DNA of 26,144 bases from the IMG/VR virus record IMGVR_UViG_3300010401_000032, positions 1-26,144 of that record. The stretch is one strand, 5' to 3'. Position numbers and translations under genes: made by a program. Below the pieces are notes generated by a model. It had not been told where the DNA came from, did not search any database, and was given only the letters and a program-made list of their open reading frames with translations. How positions within the stretch are numbered: the stretch's first letter is position 1; every line of letters starts with the position of its first letter. Shown in pieces: positions 16,352 to 23,169 of the stretch. The DNA comes from a virus. Taxonomy: Duplodnaviria; Heunggongvirae; Uroviricota; Caudoviricetes.

Positions 16352-16379
16352 ATTATACATCATGCGGCCGAATAGGCAA
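16352..16379 (-). promoter_or_regulatory. Leaderless sigma-70 promoter
   Basis: TTGCCT-16-TATAAT-6nt-ATG. Confidence 0.8.
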
Positions 16380-16387
16380 GTAATATT

Positions 16388-16540
16388 CTAGATAAATCTC
16401 ACCCACCAACATTTACACGCTCTTCGTGTGCATCGAAAATACCACGCTACATTTCCAAGCCATATAATAGGATCACCGAAAGATGTCTTTCTCTCGTGCT
16501 TGGCAAAACGATGCTGGCATTTAGGACAAGTGGATATCAT
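16388..16540 (-). CDS. 50-aa Zn-ribbon-like protein
   Basis: CPKC...CTRRAC; ATGA-coupled start 16540. Confidence 0.6.
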   Translation of the reverse strand: MISTCPKCQHRFAKHERKTSFGDPIIWLGNVAWYFRCTRRACKCWWVRFI

Positions 16541-16824
16541 ACTGGCAACTTCGGAAATACACCGAATGCCTGAAAGCACCGAACGTGTGCATTTATCATG
16601 CTTGGAAAAGGACCCAGGAGATCCTCGTCATTGCTTCGAATGAACCAGTTATCTCCACGCCTAGCAATCTGATATTCGGGGCCGTGCGAATGCAGTATGG
16701 TAACAACGTCGATATCAGAAAGCTTCATATGATTACAGTCTCCGCAAGAATCGGGCTGCCCACAATCGGGACAAAGCTCATCTTCGGGATAATCCCACTT
16801 GCGTCCGTATCGATCGGTGCTCAC
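16537..16824 (-). CDS. Cys-rich hypothetical protein
   Basis: CPDCGQPDSCGDCNH; ATGA-coupled. Confidence 0.7.
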   Translation of the reverse strand: MSTDRYGRKWDYPEDELCPDCGQPDSCGDCNHMKLSDIDVVTILHSHGPEYQIARRGDNWFIRSNDEDLLGPFPSMINAHVRCFQAFGVFPKLPV

Positions 16825-17177
16825 AATTGCTCTTCGATGATGTCGGCAATCTTTTCGAATGGGATGCCGTTGTCATTGAGATCTGAAAGAGTACCAGCCC
16901 AAGATTCTTCCATTTCGTAATCGATACTTGGATCACAATCAACTAGGCCGGCCCAAGCTTGGACTTCCTCGGGTAGATAATCCCCTTCCTCTAAATAAGT
17001 GCATGGGGAACCATCTACTTCGAACATCCGCCACTTATTGCCAGTTTCCTCAGCATGCAATGCACAAAGGACGCCGAGACAGCAATATCCATTGGCATTC
17101 TTTAGGGCACGATCGGTCTGCTGAAACATGCCACTTCGAAGTGCGGCCGTCCATCTAGACTTGACTTGCAGCTTCAA
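16821..17177 (-). CDS. Conserved phage protein (YCCLGV motif)
   Basis: WTAALRSG.FQQ...YCCLGVLC...LSDLNDNG.PF.KIADIIE; TTG 17177 with GAGG preferred over 17201. Confidence 0.75.
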   Translation of the reverse strand: MKLQVKSRWTAALRSGMFQQTDRALKNANGYCCLGVLCALHAEETGNKWRMFEVDGSPCTYLEEGDYLPEEVQAWAGLVDCDPSIDYEMEESWAGTLSDLNDNGIPFEKIADIIEEQL

Positions 17178-17377
17178 ATTATGATTCCTCGGATTTCCCA
17201 CTTGTTACTGGGGAAGAACTCATGATCCTCATACAGACCCTTGTAGAATCGAGCCTTGTCCGCTGAATCCCACAGTTTCACTACATTGGGATTAGAAGTA
17301 GTATACCATTCCTTAGTTCTCTCGTCAACTGCGATATACTGATCTTTTCCAGCTTTGAAATAGAAAAGTTCTTTCAC
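17174..17377 (-). CDS. Hypothetical protein
   Basis: GTGA-coupled 67-aa ORF. Confidence 0.65.
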   Translation of the reverse strand: MKELFYFKAGKDQYIAVDERTKEWYTTSNPNVVKLWDSADKARFYKGLYEDHEFFPSNKWEIRGIII

Positions 17378-17547
17378 GAGAACATCCCCAATTGTTGGAC
17401 GGCAGAAACTTGGATGCGAGCCTTGTTGCCCGGCTTAGCCCGATTGTACTTGGCGAGCCACACTACGCAATCGCCGTAGTTCGCCTTGTCGTCGGTTTCG
17501 GTGGACCGGTAGAGGAGCAGGCCGTTCTCGACAACCTCGTAGCTCAT
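17374..17547 (-). CDS. 57-aa hypothetical protein MSYEVVENGLLLYRS...
   Basis: Not in track; leaderless start; coupled to the next gene. Confidence 0.7.
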   Translation of the reverse strand: MSYEVVENGLLLYRSTETDDKANYGDCVVWLAKYNRAKPGNKARIQVSAVQQLGMFS

Positions 17548-17553
17548 GACTCC

Positions 17554-17581
17554 ATTATAGCATGTATTGCATGCTAGTCAA
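17554..17581 (-). promoter_or_regulatory. Leaderless sigma-70 promoter with palindromic spacer
   Basis: TTGACT-16-TATAAT-6nt-ATG; TAGCATG-N5-CATGCTA. Confidence 0.85.
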
Positions 17582-17584
17582 ATA

Positions 17585-18139
17585 CTATCCAGGAAACTCG
17601 GCCTCTTGCTTTACCTTTACCGCCATCGTTTCGGGCAGATCGTGGAGGAGCAGATAGACCTCGCCCCCGAATGAGAGACTCCGGATCGAGTCCAGTGCGT
17701 AATCCCGAACGAGAATTTCCTTCTCCGTTTCCTGCCGGCTGGACTTGCTCCGGGCCGGGAGATACGGGGCGACTTGCTCTTCCGTCAACATGGTGCCATC
17801 GGCCGCGAAATAGGTATGATTGAGACTCTTCTCAACCTTCGTTTCCAAATACAGTTTGTCATTATGTTCAACAAACATCGTGCCCGGAACTCGCCGGCCC
17901 CACTGGCGGGGATCCGCTTCGAAGTCACCTTCCGAACCTTCCCGCAAACGCTGCCGATTGACCGCGTTCTCATACTGGAATCCGAGGCAAACATTGACGC
18001 GAGACAACTTGCGGACTTGGCCGTAAGGATTGCCAGTCTTCTTGAGTCTGGCGTCCGTGTCCGTGCAAATCGTGGCGAACGTCGCTCCCTTGATGCTGAG
18101 GAGCAGGGTGACGAGATTGTCTTTGGAGATGACCTTCAT
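17585..18139 (-). CDS. Conserved phage hypothetical protein
   Basis: 184 aa; GATFATI...KKTGNPY...YENAVN...WG..V...FVEH..KLYLE; AAGGA RBS. Confidence 0.78.
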   Translation of the reverse strand: MKVISKDNLVTLLLSIKGATFATICTDTDARLKKTGNPYGQVRKLSRVNVCLGFQYENAVNRQRLREGSEGDFEADPRQWGRRVPGTMFVEHNDKLYLETKVEKSLNHTYFAADGTMLTEEQVAPYLPARSKSSRQETEKEILVRDYALDSIRSLSFGGEVYLLLHDLPETMAVKVKQEAEFPG

Positions 18140-18155
18140 AGCTCTTCGCTTTCCT

Positions 18156-18202
18156 TATGGCGTCTGAACGCCATAGTATACCATATCGCTCTTCGCTGTC
18201 AA
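18156..18202 (-). promoter_or_regulatory. Sigma-70 promoter with palindrome across +1
   Basis: TTGACA-16-TATACT (extended TG), then TATGGCGT-N4-ACGCCATA. Confidence 0.8.
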
Positions 18203-18208
18203 GTCAAT

Positions 18209-18718
18209 CTAGGGGCATTTATTGTGTCGATACCCACGGCCGCCCAACGCCAGATTCTCATTGTGCCTTTTGAGTCTAATCGGACTCAACATGATCGATT
18301 GGCCACACGTGCCACACGCGGCGGGAGTCATTACCACCTTTCGCTTGAAAGCTTCGGCGACCTCCAGAGTATGGCACCGCTCGCCATTGCCACCTAGGCG
18401 AATATGCATTGCTTGCCACGCTTCGCCGTGATCGATTTTGCGACCCGTAGGACCCCGGAAGGGCGGGGCCAGAATATGGGCAAATTCGTGCGTGACGGTA
18501 TTGTAGAAATCGTCCGCAAAGTTAGTTTCATCGGCGTAGAATGGCAGTGAAAGCTTTACGATTTTACTTAGGCACTTGGCTTTACCAGCGGCCTCAGTCA
18601 TCCGAGTAGAAATCTCTATCCGAATTTGACGAAGTACCGGCCCCAAATCAGGGTGTTTGATAGCGAGTACGTCACGAATACAATAGGCTTCGTGGAGTAA
18701 ATCTTGTGCGGACTTCAT
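18209..18718 (-). CDS. SprT-like zinc metalloprotease
   Basis: AAGKA, TVTHEFAHI, HGEAWQ, CH, CGTC motifs. Confidence 0.85.
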   Translation of the reverse strand: MKSAQDLLHEAYCIRDVLAIKHPDLGPVLRQIRIEISTRMTEAAGKAKCLSKIVKLSLPFYADETNFADDFYNTVTHEFAHILAPPFRGPTGRKIDHGEAWQAMHIRLGGNGERCHTLEVAEAFKRKVVMTPAACGTCGQSIMLSPIRLKRHNENLALGGRGYRHNKCP

Positions 18719-18720
18719 GG

Positions 18721-18930
18721 CTATTTGCTACACTTACAGTCTTCGAAAGCACCTTCTGAATGGCCAGCAGATTCAATAGATGCATAGAATATCTTGCCAT
18801 CGAATCGATACGGTCTGACGTAACGAAGTCCACCTTCGGGGTCCGGTTGCTTGGGCTTCGGATTCCCGCATGCGACGTATGCGTCACGCACGGCCCTTTC
18901 GTGGGCCAATCGCTTTTGCCATTCTTCCAT
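18721..18930 (-). CDS. 69-aa hypothetical protein
   Basis: Leaderless start. Confidence 0.7.
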   Translation of the reverse strand: MEEWQKRLAHERAVRDAYVACGNPKPKQPDPEGGLRYVRPYRFDGKIFYASIESAGHSEGAFEDCKCSK

Positions 18931-18936
18931 GGTTTC

Positions 18937-18965
18937 ATTATAGCATATTACTATATGCTAGTCAA
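18937..18965 (-). promoter_or_regulatory. Leaderless sigma-70 promoter with palindromic spacer
   Basis: TTGACT-17-TATAAT-6nt-ATG; TAGCATAT-N4-ATATGCTA. Confidence 0.85.
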
Positions 18966-18981
18966 GACCCTTACATAAGTA

Positions 18982-19269
18982 TTACTTTACGTAAAGTGCA
19001 ATTGTTCTCTTTACGTTTTCCAGCGTTCGAACCATCGCTGCCGTATCTTCCGATTTGAGCCGAATGTAAATCGCTGGACCAAACATCCCATCATAATTTA
19101 CTTCACAAACTCCATCAATTCTAGAAAGAATAGAAGTCAATGTTGCGGGATAAGCGTATGTCCCAGTCGTAGTCTTGTATAGATCGACGGAATCCCTATC
19201 TAGTATTTTGAAGAACTGTTCTTTAGCAATCTCGATGCAGTAGGAGCGTTCGGTTTCGGTTACTTTCAT
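18982..19269 (-). CDS. Hypothetical protein
   Basis: 95 aa; start preceded by the GAAGA hairpin. Confidence 0.7.
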   Translation of the reverse strand: MKVTETERSYCIEIAKEQFFKILDRDSVDLYKTTTGTYAYPATLTSILSRIDGVCEVNYDGMFGPAIYIRLKSEDTAAMVRTLENVKRTIALYVK

Positions 19270-19278
19270 AGCTCTTCG

Positions 19279-19539
19279 CTAGGGGATCCATTGAGTTAGA
19301 CAAATTCTATTTCCAGGCTGAACCGTATACAGGAATCCAGCATAGCGGCTTCCGCGATTGTATTCGTCTACCCAAGGACGCGGGGTAAAGTAATTTGCAG
19401 AGCTACAGGACTCACCCTTTGCGAAGGCAGGCACCGCACGACTATTCCACAAATTCCAAATGTCGGAAGTCCAGATAGCTTCCTTGGAATTGATGCACGT
19501 TCGCATGGCCACTCGCCTAATTTTTACAAGGCTTGCCAT
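19279..19539 (-). CDS. Hypothetical protein
   Basis: 86-aa ORF; start may be ATG 19506. Confidence 0.55.
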   Translation of the reverse strand: MASLVKIRRVAMRTCINSKEAIWTSDIWNLWNSRAVPAFAKGESCSSANYFTPRPWVDEYNRGSRYAGFLYTVQPGNRICLTQWIP

Positions 19540-19601
19540 GATATCGATTCCGCCCGCAGTCGGGGCAAAAACTGAATCGTCTACTCCAGGCTTCTAGGAC
19601 G

Positions 19602-20036
19602 CTAGCTAGCCACTGGAGAAGAATCGCTATCGGCTCCAGCGTCCGAGCTTTCATCTTCCACATACGAGCTACGACCTTTCTTGCCACTGGTCACAGTATA
19701 CCCTCGCTGTTGCAATACTCCAATAAGAAAGTCGTCCTTTTGTGACTGCAACAGCGAAGTTACATGATCCTTTACTTGTTGGCAAGCTCCTTCAATTGCA
19801 ACGATCATGGCTTCGACCGCAATTCCTTCCCCCATGGGAATCGGATCGCCGATAGCCTCATCGAGGTAAGCCTTGGCCGCGTCCGTGAGCGTAGGATAAT
19901 GCTTCTCGGGATTACGCCACTTGGATTGTTTTGCCTGTCCGGCAAACCTCCCGCGTTCGATGGTCTCGCCGCCTTCTTGCCACTCTTGGATGGACCAATT
20001 GTAGGCATCGGATCTGATAATTCGCCTCTTCGGCAT
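19602..20036 (-). CDS. Hypothetical protein
   Basis: 144 aa; AAGGA RBS and GAAUA hairpin at the start. Confidence 0.75.
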   Translation of the reverse strand: MPKRRIIRSDAYNWSIQEWQEGGETIERGRFAGQAKQSKWRNPEKHYPTLTDAAKAYLDEAIGDPIPMGEGIAVEAMIVAIEGACQQVKDHVTSLLQSQKDDFLIGVLQQRGYTVTSGKKGRSSYVEDESSDAGADSDSSPVAS

Positions 20037-20038
20037 AG

Positions 20039-20209
20039 CTATTCGCTTTCCTTGATTTCGATTGAATCTTGTTCAACTTCACAAAAATCAGTAGCTTCGC
20101 AAGTGCCCATATCGCCATCATCGAACATTTCTAGGGCTTCTTCCTTGCTTGCAGCTTCGATAATTGTGTAATATCCCTGGATTTCTGTCCAGTCAATTCG
20201 GTATTTCAT
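20039..20209 (-). CDS. 56-aa acidic protein MKYRIDWTEIQGYYTIIEAASKEEA... (DpnD/PcfM-like pattern)
   Basis: Not in track; ATGA-coupled. Confidence 0.7.
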   Translation of the reverse strand: MKYRIDWTEIQGYYTIIEAASKEEALEMFDDGDMGTCEATDFCEVEQDSIEIKESE

Positions 20210-20367
20210 AGCTCTTCGCTATTCCCTTCAAGGACTACCGACAGTATACTACGAAACGTCCGCAAGTCAATTTGATTCTGCTTTATCCACATCCATACTA
20301 AATTCATACGTTCGTATGGACCGGGCTCTTCTCTGAGCCTTTGAATGCATTCGGGCAGAGTCTTCAC
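20206..20367 (-). CDS. 53-aa hypothetical protein
   Basis: Track frame 20442; GTG 20367 immediately after the upstream stop preferred. Confidence 0.55.
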   Translation of the reverse strand: MKTLPECIQRLREEPGPYERMNLVWMWIKQNQIDLRTFRSILSVVLEGNSEEL

Positions 20368-20368
20368 A

Positions 20369-20641
20369 CTAGCGGTAGTCGTTATCTTCCCAGTTGTCCG
20401 GATCGTCCGCGTCCGTAAACTCCTCGAACCGTACCGGTTCAAGGATGACGGGGGCAGCTACTTCTCTACGTTCGCCGTTTCTTACTTCCACTAACGACAA
20501 TCTATAATTGCCGCTATTACGTCGTTCGTATTCTAGGACTTGGAATGGATCGCCTTCGCTTGGCATGACCGCCGAGTGATAGTGCCGGCCGTCCATGATC
20601 TCATGTAGGATAAAGTTTTCGTGCTCTTTAGGTTTACTCAT
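20369..20641 (-). CDS. Acidic hypothetical protein
   Basis: 90 aa; promoter 9 nt upstream. Confidence 0.7.
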   Translation of the reverse strand: MSKPKEHENFILHEIMDGRHYHSAVMPSEGDPFQVLEYERRNSGNYRLSLVEVRNGERREVAAPVILEPVRFEEFTDADDPDNWEDNDYR

Positions 20642-20643
20642 TT

Positions 20644-20679
20644 ACGCTACATTATAGCGTCAGTCCATTTGCCAGTCAA
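20644..20679 (-). promoter_or_regulatory. Sigma-70 promoter, -10 inside a palindrome
   Basis: TTGACT-17-TATAAT; ACGCTA-N5-TAGCGT around the -10. Confidence 0.8.
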
Positions 20680-20944
20680 TCTTTTTCTCGGAACTTTCAT
20701 TTCCAAGGTCAGAATCTTCAACTACATAGAGTTTATTTTTGATTCTAACGTAGCATGTTCCCGCGTTACTAATTTGATAGGTTAGCATCCGTCGCCATCG
20801 CCCGAGCACATAGAGCATTCTGTGCGACCGAAACATCCCGTATTCCTTTGGGTTCCTTCCTAGGTACGTGTCCCACTTCCAGGGTACGGGCTTTCCCGTG
20901 ATGCTTCGAAGTGTTAGCATTTGAATTAGTTTGCCAGCTTCCAA
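20660..20944 (-). CDS. Hypothetical protein
   Basis: 94 aa, TTG start. Confidence 0.55.
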   Translation of the reverse strand: MEAGKLIQMLTLRSITGKPVPWKWDTYLGRNPKEYGMFRSHRMLYVLGRWRRMLTYQISNAGTCYVRIKNKLYVVEDSDLGNESSEKKIDWQMD

Positions 20945-21111
20945 TAGGATTTAGGAACGTCGTTTTTGGCAATATGTATCATTAGTGCCAATTCGATACA
21001 ACGCCTACAGTCCTCAGGCGTATGCAATCCTCGCTTTTTCAATTCTTGCCATTCCGAGCACAATTGCAGAAAGCGGCGTTTTGCGAATTGCTTTAGGGTC
21101 ATGCCTTCCAT
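20926..21111 (-). CDS. 61-aa hypothetical protein
   Basis: Promoter TTGACT(21146)-16-TATAAT(21119), 7 nt before ATG. Confidence 0.65.
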   Translation of the reverse strand: MEGMTLKQFAKRRFLQLCSEWQELKKRGLHTPEDCRRCIELALMIHIAKNDVPKSYWKLAN

Positions 21112-21126
21112 ACGTTTTATTATACC

Positions 21127-21477
21127 CTAATGGAGGGGATAGTCAACCGTTTTCACAGACTTATCCCAGCACGCTCTACAATCCTGGCAGTTATTATTTT
21201 GTTGACGGGCGGGGCATTTGAAGTGAATGATTTTCGCCATGCCGTTTGCCCATTCCCGAACGTCGAATTGGACAATCGCCAATCGCCGGTATTGAGCTTT
21301 CTGTACGCACGGGAATACATACATTCCTTTCAAAGCGTAACACTTACTGCAAACGCTTCCGATTTTCTTTCTCAGGATTGCCCCGATGATACAAGCCTTT
21401 GCCGGTAGCCCATAGGCAAATCCCGGCATTTTAGAAGGCTTGGAAAGGCCGCCAACCAGTACGTCTAATCTTCCCAT
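21127..21477 (-). CDS. Gp88-like (mycobacteriophage gene 88 family) Cys-rich protein, apparently internally shortened
   Basis: GGLSKPSKMPG.AYGLPA..C..G..L....GSVCSKCYALKG.Y and CPA..Q...CQDCRACWD..V..V.Y.LH; start ATG 21477. Confidence 0.7.
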   Translation of the reverse strand: MGRLDVLVGGLSKPSKMPGFAYGLPAKACIIGAILRKKIGSVCSKCYALKGMYVFPCVQKAQYRRLAIVQFDVREWANGMAKIIHFKCPARQQNNNCQDCRACWDKSVKTVDYPLH

Positions 21478-21572
21478 TTTACCAGCACATAAACGTAACA
21501 AAGGAAAATAATGACGACTAGGAAAACAAGGCACTGCCCAATTTGACGGAAGAAACGTATGATTGGACGCAT
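21465..21572 (-). CDS. 35-aa membrane microprotein MRPIIRFFRQIGQCLVFLVVIIFLCYVYVLVKWED
   Basis: C-terminal part of track ORF 21465..21680; basic then hydrophobic. Confidence 0.5.
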   Translation of the reverse strand: MRPIIRFFRQIGQCLVFLVVIIFLCYVYVLVKWED

Positions 21573-21624
21573 TGCGTCAATCAAATCATCTTCTCTACCG
21601 TACTGAGCAAAGGGGACGTAAACG

Positions 21625-21658
21625 CTAGGCGGGGCACCGCGAACGCTGCCCCGCCTAG
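21625..21658 (-). terminator. GC-rich hairpin, probable terminator
   Basis: CTAGGCGGGGCA-N10-TGCCCCGCCTAG downstream of the RHH gene. Confidence 0.55.
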
Positions 21659-21721
21659 AGCCAACCGTATTTGAGGACATGGAGACAGTCTACCCTATAC
21701 TGGGTATCCCGTCAACCGTTC

Positions 21722-21940
21722 TCAGCGAGTAGCTTCCTTGAATCCACGCTGAATCAGTTGATCCAGGGCTTGATTGATGTTGATCTCGCGGTCGGTCGCA
21801 AACTTGCGAACCATTTGCCGGGTCGAACGCGGAACGTGAGCCTGGAACGGCACCGTTTCGACATTGCCGAACGAAGACGGGCGACCGGGGCCGGCGGCGG
21901 GAGCGGACTTGACTTTGCGGGTAGCGGTAGCATTGCTCAT
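21722..21940 (-). CDS. Ribbon-helix-helix protein with GRP motif (paralog of 15012-15176)
   Basis: GRPSSF...FQAHVPRSTRQMVRKFATDREININQALDQLI; GGAG RBS. Confidence 0.78.
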   Translation of the reverse strand: MSNATATRKVKSAPAAGPGRPSSFGNVETVPFQAHVPRSTRQMVRKFATDREININQALDQLIQRGFKEATR

Positions 21941-21981
21941 ATGTTTCTCCAGATTGTTTGTTGGGCGGAATTGCCCGAAGT

Positions 21982-22009
21982 AATATAGCCTATTCTGCTA
22001 GGCTGTCAA
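21982..22009 (-). promoter_or_regulatory. Sigma-70 promoter with palindromic spacer
   Basis: TTGACA-16-TATATT; AGCCTA-N6-TAGGCT. Confidence 0.75.
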
Positions 22010-22333
22010 GGGAAAAAGAATCTTCTCAATCTCAGGCTTCAAAGCAGCTTCTACGTCCGATCGAGTCCACGCGGGATCCCCGTAGATCGGACGCGAAAGG
22101 CAATACCTGAGAAACTCAGTACGCTTTTCAGCATCCGAGAAATGATTTTCGTAGAACGTATCACGATTGTATTCGGCGATGTTACCGAACATGTTCGAAA
22201 GGTCCACGTAAAACCACTTGTAGAAAAGTGTCTTCGGGCATCCCTTCCTGTAGAATTGCAGGAAGTGCTTGAAAAGCTTTTCCTTGTGTTCTACAGAATA
22301 GAATTGCGTTGCCGTGAATTGAGGGGCATTCAT
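21998..22333 (-). CDS. Conserved hypothetical protein (FGxIAxYN motif)
   Basis: 111 aa, leaderless start. Confidence 0.75.
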   Translation of the reverse strand: MNAPQFTATQFYSVEHKEKLFKHFLQFYRKGCPKTLFYKWFYVDLSNMFGNIAEYNRDTFYENHFSDAEKRTEFLRYCLSRPIYGDPAWTRSDVEAALKPEIEKILFPLTA

Positions 22334-22339
22334 GGAAAC

Positions 22340-22367
22340 ATTATAGCCTATTCGGCAGGGGTTGCAA
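22340..22367 (-). promoter_or_regulatory. Leaderless sigma-70 promoter
   Basis: TTGCAA-16-TATAAT-6nt-ATG. Confidence 0.8.
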
Positions 22368-22401
22368 TGGGAAAACGAAAAAACTTTTTGAAGCTCTTCG
22401 C

Positions 22402-22429
22402 TTGACTAGCACGCAAGGCGTGCTATAAT
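22402..22429 (+). promoter_or_regulatory. Divergent sigma-70 promoter with palindromic spacer
   Basis: TTGACT-16-TATAAT; TAGCACGC-AAG-GCGTGCTA. Confidence 0.85.
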
Positions 22430-22435
22430 AAGGGC

Positions 22436-22585
22436 GTTCTTTGGTGCGAAAGCGTGTGCCATGGGAGGACGTCTCCAAGTCTGTGCCTCTATATGGGGCT
22501 AAGGACTAACATGGATTCGGGTTTACCGAGCCACCTAGCTGTAGGGTCATTGGCAGGAGTAACGAGCCAACATACAGTCAAAGAA
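22436..22585 (+). ncRNA. Candidate 150-nt structured RNA or structured 5' leader
   Basis: Predicted +1 starts a terminal helix GUUCUU/AAGAAC; several internal hairpins including a GAAA tetraloop; no ORF. Confidence 0.55.
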
Positions 22586-22598
22586 CACTAATACAATC

Positions 22599-22817
22599 AT
22601 GGAAACCACCGATCCTACAAAGTACCGCGTCACTTATATTTGTAAGTGTTCAGCGGATTATGCAGAAGGCTACGGGAATACTCCCGAGGAAGCCGAAGGT
22701 AAAGTAAAGGAATTCTGGAAAATCGGCGGACATAAGATTGCCGATATCGCCAGTCGAATTGTTGAGATTGCCGTTATGCATGGAAATGGCGGATCACATT
22801 ACGAGGAAGTTACTTGA
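22599..22817 (+). CDS. 72-aa hypothetical protein
   Basis: ORF track; protein-like composition; no SD. Confidence 0.65.
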   Translation: METTDPTKYRVTYICKCSADYAEGYGNTPEEAEGKVKEFWKIGGHKIADIASRIVEIAVMHGNGGSHYEEVT

Positions 22818-22841
22818 CTTCCAAGCTCAATGTGATATAGT
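22814..22841 (+). promoter_or_regulatory. Sigma-70 promoter into a non-coding region
   Basis: TTGACT-16-TATAGT, extended TG. Confidence 0.75.
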
Positions 22842-22847
22842 ATACCG

Positions 22848-23050
22848 TCCTAGCAAGAGAATCCGCGATTGGGACCTACCGTGTGGGTAGGATGGCCCCG
22901 CCCAATCCCGAGTAGCCGCCTTGAGCGGCGGGGCCGCTCCCGCCAGCCCGCATGGTCGCCCCGCCGTCACAGTAAGGCGAACTTGGATGAACCTGTGATT
23001 TTATTTTAGAAATTACAGTAAGGCGTATGCGGAGCCACCTGTAATTTGAA
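22848..23050 (+). ncRNA. Candidate ~200-nt GC-rich structured RNA with tandem 3' motif
   Basis: Nested stems 22864-22910, alternative GGCGGGG/CCCCGCC pairings, and two ACAG-TAAGGCG-N12-CCTGT stem-loops. Confidence 0.6.
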
Positions 23051-23114
23051 ATTTCACTTTGCTTGGAATGGTAAAATTCTAGATTCTGATTTCTAGATTT
23101 GACCCGGTATCTAT

Positions 23115-23154
23115 TTAAAGCAAAGAAGCCGGCGATTCTGGCAATCTGCCGGCT
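23115..23154 (-). terminator. Intrinsic terminator
   Basis: AGCCGGC...GCCGGCT hairpin followed by TCTTTGCTTT on the minus strand. Confidence 0.65.
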
Positions 23155-23169
23155 CCTCAAGTGTGGCGA

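Noticed and set aside
17774-18397. 207-aa plus-strand ORF (and similar antisense ORFs at 15556, 15980, 19764)
   Set aside because: Antisense to motif-bearing minus-strand genes and crosses promoters.
16190-22403. GCTCTTC repeats as mere SapI-type restriction sites
   Set aside because: Variants with GAATA loops and compensatory stems, plus start-codon positioning, point to an RNA hairpin.
22876-23160. 94-aa minus-strand ORF and 85-aa plus ORF 23099..23356
   Set aside because: No RBS or promoter, low-complexity translation; the region is better explained by RNA structure and a terminator.
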